From positions 1 through 55,621 of IMG/VR virus record IMGVR_UViG_3300042327_001345: a stretch of 55,621 bases of DNA; one strand, 5' to 3'. Every line of letters begins with the position of its first letter. The stretch's first letter is position 1. The translations under genes and the position numbers were made by a program. A model generated the notes under the pieces. That model was not told the DNA's origin. It worked only from the letters and a program-made list of their open reading frames with translations, and made no database searches. The DNA is from a virus. Its lineage: Duplodnaviria; Caudoviricetes. This document shows positions 53,480 through 55,621 of the stretch, piece by piece.

Positions 53480-53743
53480 ATGATATTAGACCCAGAAGAC
53501 GAAGCGTTCAACGAGATTGAACAACGGGCCAAGCAACGCAAGGAGGCTGTGAGAAAGTCTTTGAGTTTGGAGGATGCGAGACAGCAAATCCAAGCCATGA
53601 CACAAGACCGATCAACACTTCTAGCTATTAACCCATATCGTGACCATGTGATTGAAGAGGTGGCGCAGGCCATTTTGAAGATGGAAGGCTTTGGTCAGGA
53701 CACGCTGAACAGCTTTGCTATTTACATTCGAGGTTTGAAATGA
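53480..53743 (+). CDS. Hypothetical protein
   Basis: GAGG RBS; EDEAFNEIE, VIEEVA...FG.DT..SFAIYIR. Confidence 0.7.
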   Translation: MILDPEDEAFNEIEQRAKQRKEAVRKSLSLEDARQQIQAMTQDRSTLLAINPYRDHVIEEVAQAILKMEGFGQDTLNSFAIYIRGLK

Positions 53744-53765
53744 CACAAGTTGAAGGAGAACAAGC

Positions 53766-54146
53766 ATGATTGAAGCAATGATGCAGGCATATCAATTGCT
53801 GTTGACCGAGCCGCATGCGCCAACAGTTTGTGACAAGCTTGAGGTTATTTTTCGCCGAGCGATTGCAGAGTTTGAAAGCCAAGAACAAAACTTCTGTTCA
53901 CGATGCGGCAAACGCTCAAAGGACATTCACACTTGCACACCACCACAGCGCACAGAGCAAGAGCCACAGATTGCAATTAACGCTCAAGTCGTTGGCTATG
54001 TTGAGCCACAGCGCACATGGGTAGGGCTGACGCAAAATGAAATTAAGAGTTGCTGGTTGGGATACGAGGCCAGAGGCTACCCCCCAGAACGGGTAATGAT
54101 GTTTTATAAATTGGTAGAGGTAATGTTAAAGGAGAAGAACACTTGA
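53766..54146 (+). CDS. Mosaic hypothetical protein (nin-like region)
   Basis: AAGGAG RBS; NFCSRCGKR, PQRTEQEP, PQRTWVGLT, LKEKNT modules. Confidence 0.7.
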   Translation: MIEAMMQAYQLLLTEPHAPTVCDKLEVIFRRAIAEFESQEQNFCSRCGKRSKDIHTCTPPQRTEQEPQIAINAQVVGYVEPQRTWVGLTQNEIKSCWLGYEARGYPPERVMMFYKLVEVMLKEKNT

Positions 54147-54352
54147 TAAGCCGAATCATTTTTTGTGTGATGCTGGGTGTGATGGGATTGATTGGTTTGT
54201 TTCCTGCAACACAAGAGCCGCCCAAACCTTTGACAGGTGCGCAGATACAAATGAAAAGCAAGTTGCGGTCAATCAACACAATGTGCGAAAAACGCAAAAG
54301 CAAAAAACCAAACAAATTTTGTAACAGTCTAAAAAGGACAAAAAATGCATGA
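54143..54352 (+). CDS. Small N-terminal TM protein
   Basis: AAGGAG RBS, TTG start overlapping upstream stop. Confidence 0.6.
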   Translation: MISRIIFCVMLGVMGLIGLFPATQEPPKPLTGAQIQMKSKLRSINTMCEKRKSKKPNKFCNSLKRTKNA

Positions 54353-54539
54353 AATGATTTATGAGTTGGCGTTTTTTCTGGTTGGTGTCATTGTTGGCGC
54401 TGGTCTTTACCGGTTCAGCGACTACTACATCGTGGCCAAGATTTTGCAAAACCAAGCAAAAGATTTTCCGACCTTCACCAAAGAAGAGGTTTTAGAGGCG
54501 ATTGCTCGGGAGGAGCAACATGCCGCGAAAACCAAGTGA
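54345..54539 (+). CDS. Small membrane protein
   Basis: AAGGA RBS; TM helix. Confidence 0.6.
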   Translation: MHEMIYELAFFLVGVIVGAGLYRFSDYYIVAKILQNQAKDFPTFTKEEVLEAIAREEQHAAKTK

Positions 54540-54699
54540 CATCACAGGCTCAAAAAAGCAAATTGCTGTGCGCGTTTCGGCGGGCCACGCGCTTGCGTTC
54601 AAACAGCTTGGTGGGTCGCAATGGCTCCGAAAGATTTTGTCTGACCATTTGAAAAGCCAGCATCAAAAAATACACGAGCCGGAAAAGATCAGCCAATGA
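54520..54699 (+). CDS. Small putative ribbon-helix-helix DNA-binding protein
   Basis: GGAGG RBS; MPRKP...IAVRVS.....FKQLGGSQWLR. Confidence 0.65.
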   Translation: MPRKPSDITGSKKQIAVRVSAGHALAFKQLGGSQWLRKILSDHLKSQHQKIHEPEKISQ

Positions 54700-54986
54700 C
54701 CACGCTCAAAGAAAAAAAGCACATGAGCACGGTGGCTGAGTTGGGTTGCGCCGTATGCCGCCGTATGGGCTACCCGGGCACGCCCGCTGAGATCCACCAC
54801 AAAAGGGCCGGAACCGGGGCCGGAAGGCGCTCAAGCCACATGGAGGTCATCCCACTATGCCCGGAGCACCACAGGGGCAAGACGGGCCTCCACGGGCTTG
54901 GCACAAAGGGATTTCCCAAGCATTGGGGGTTTGACGAGGACGATCTGCTGGCCGACGTTAACAGCCTGTTAACCGAGGGAATTTGA
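54696..54986 (+). CDS. Ref-like (DUF968) HNH-type nuclease
   Basis: LGCAVC...PAEIHH.R.G.GAG.RSSH..VIPLCPEHHRG..G.H. Confidence 0.82.
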   Translation: MTTLKEKKHMSTVAELGCAVCRRMGYPGTPAEIHHKRAGTGAGRRSSHMEVIPLCPEHHRGKTGLHGLGTKGFPKHWGFDEDDLLADVNSLLTEGI

Positions 54987-55012
54987 TTAACCCCATGTTT
55001 TAGTAGGGTTTG

Positions 55013-55089
55013 TAATTGAGTCGATTAATTTAATGTTACACTTTTGCACCGACACAGCATTTTGCACAGTCGGTTAACAGCGAAGGCAA
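55013..55089 (+). promoter_or_regulatory. Early expression cassette copy 3
   Basis: TAATTGA-G-TCGATTA (55013-55027), TGtTACACT (55034-55042), hairpin ACCGAC...GTCGGT, AACAGCGAAGGCAA (55076-55089). Confidence 0.65.
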
Positions 55090-55093
55090 CATC

Positions 55094-55399
55094 ATGAAAA
55101 ACGACTTAAACATCTCCGAAATCGACAAGCTTGGCGAATTGCTGGCCCAGATCAAAGATCTGACCGAGCAGGCCGACAAAATCAAAGACGAAATCAAAGA
55201 AGCTGGCGCTGACGGCCTGCTGGCTGTGGACGACGAGGGCGTTCGTTTTGTCGAAGGCAGTCTCTTCCGCGCCGTTTACATCGAGTCCAACCAATCGAGG
55301 TTTGACAGCAAGAAATTCATCGCCAAGTTTGGCGCAGACGTGTACGCCGAGTACACCAAAACATCCGCTTATTTCAGCGTCAAAGTCACCGCACGTTAA
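55094..55399 (+). CDS. Hypothetical early protein
   Basis: Behind cassette 3; IDKLGELLAQI..L...AD.IK coiled N-terminus. Confidence 0.75.
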   Translation: MKNDLNISEIDKLGELLAQIKDLTEQADKIKDEIKEAGADGLLAVDDEGVRFVEGSLFRAVYIESNQSRFDSKKFIAKFGADVYAEYTKTSAYFSVKVTAR

Positions 55400-55413
55400 T
55401 CAGGGGAACGATC

Positions 55414-55621
55414 ATGAACCAGCAAGAATTTAACAAAGCAGTGGAGGCCGACATACAGGCCCTGTTGCACACAAAGCAAGCCGCCACCATCAACGTGTAC
55501 GACGCTATCAGCATCATCGAGGGTGACGTTGAAAGCACCGAAGAAGAGGCGCTGGCCGCATGGCAACACCTGCTTGACACTGGCGTTGTGTGGCGTTTGC
55601 AGGGCTACTACCAACGCCAGA
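55414..55621 (+). CDS. 5' part of junction-spanning early gene (continues at window start)
   Basis: ATG 55414; open into the terminal repeat. Confidence 0.8.
   Translation, partial: MNQQEFNKAVEADIQALLHTKQAATINVYDAISIIEGDVESTEEEALAAWQHLLDTGVVWRLQGYYQRQ
55455..55621. repeat. Terminal direct repeat (copy 2)
   Basis: Matches 1-167 with one mismatch. Confidence 0.97.

Overview
The window is an apparently complete, circularly assembled tailed-phage genome of about 55,454 bp: positions 1-167 recur at 55455-55621 with one synonymous SNP. It has a podovirus-like layout: small early genes (incl. DUF932) behind repeated promoter/leader cassettes, a tRNA/ncRNA cluster, terS-terL, a 1405-aa polyvalent protein (PcfJ-like and ADP-ribosyltransferase-like domains), portal, GroES-like co-chaperonin, scaffold, capsid, tail fibre and LamG proteins, a long lysis cassette (M15 endolysin, Rz/Rz1 and a second spanin-like pair), tail tube/stabiliser genes and five putative ejection proteins ending in an SLT transglycosylase. 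These are followed by a divergently transcribed exonuclease/SSB arm and a Cro-DUF1376-DUF1376-RusA-Ref arm. No integrase, CI repressor, DNA polymerase or recognisable prohead protease was seen. Spanins imply a diderm host. The most striking unexplained signal is a set of short peptide tags shared between unrelated virion-region proteins. (1) A [M/Y/F/L/K]-x-x-G-G motif occurs about 25 times in 7 proteins, falls at the module boundaries of the polyvalent protein, and precedes a tape-measure-like SDDIPAMLADGEYV domain. This suggests a candidate cargo-tagging or polyprotein-processing system. (2) A VNNESSGYY motif occurs about 25 times across three neighbouring ejection-region proteins. Also notable are a structured RNA joined to a non-canonical tRNA-like element and a probably leaderless antisense gene next to the effector locus. 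All family assignments come from motif recognition by eye; no database searches were run.
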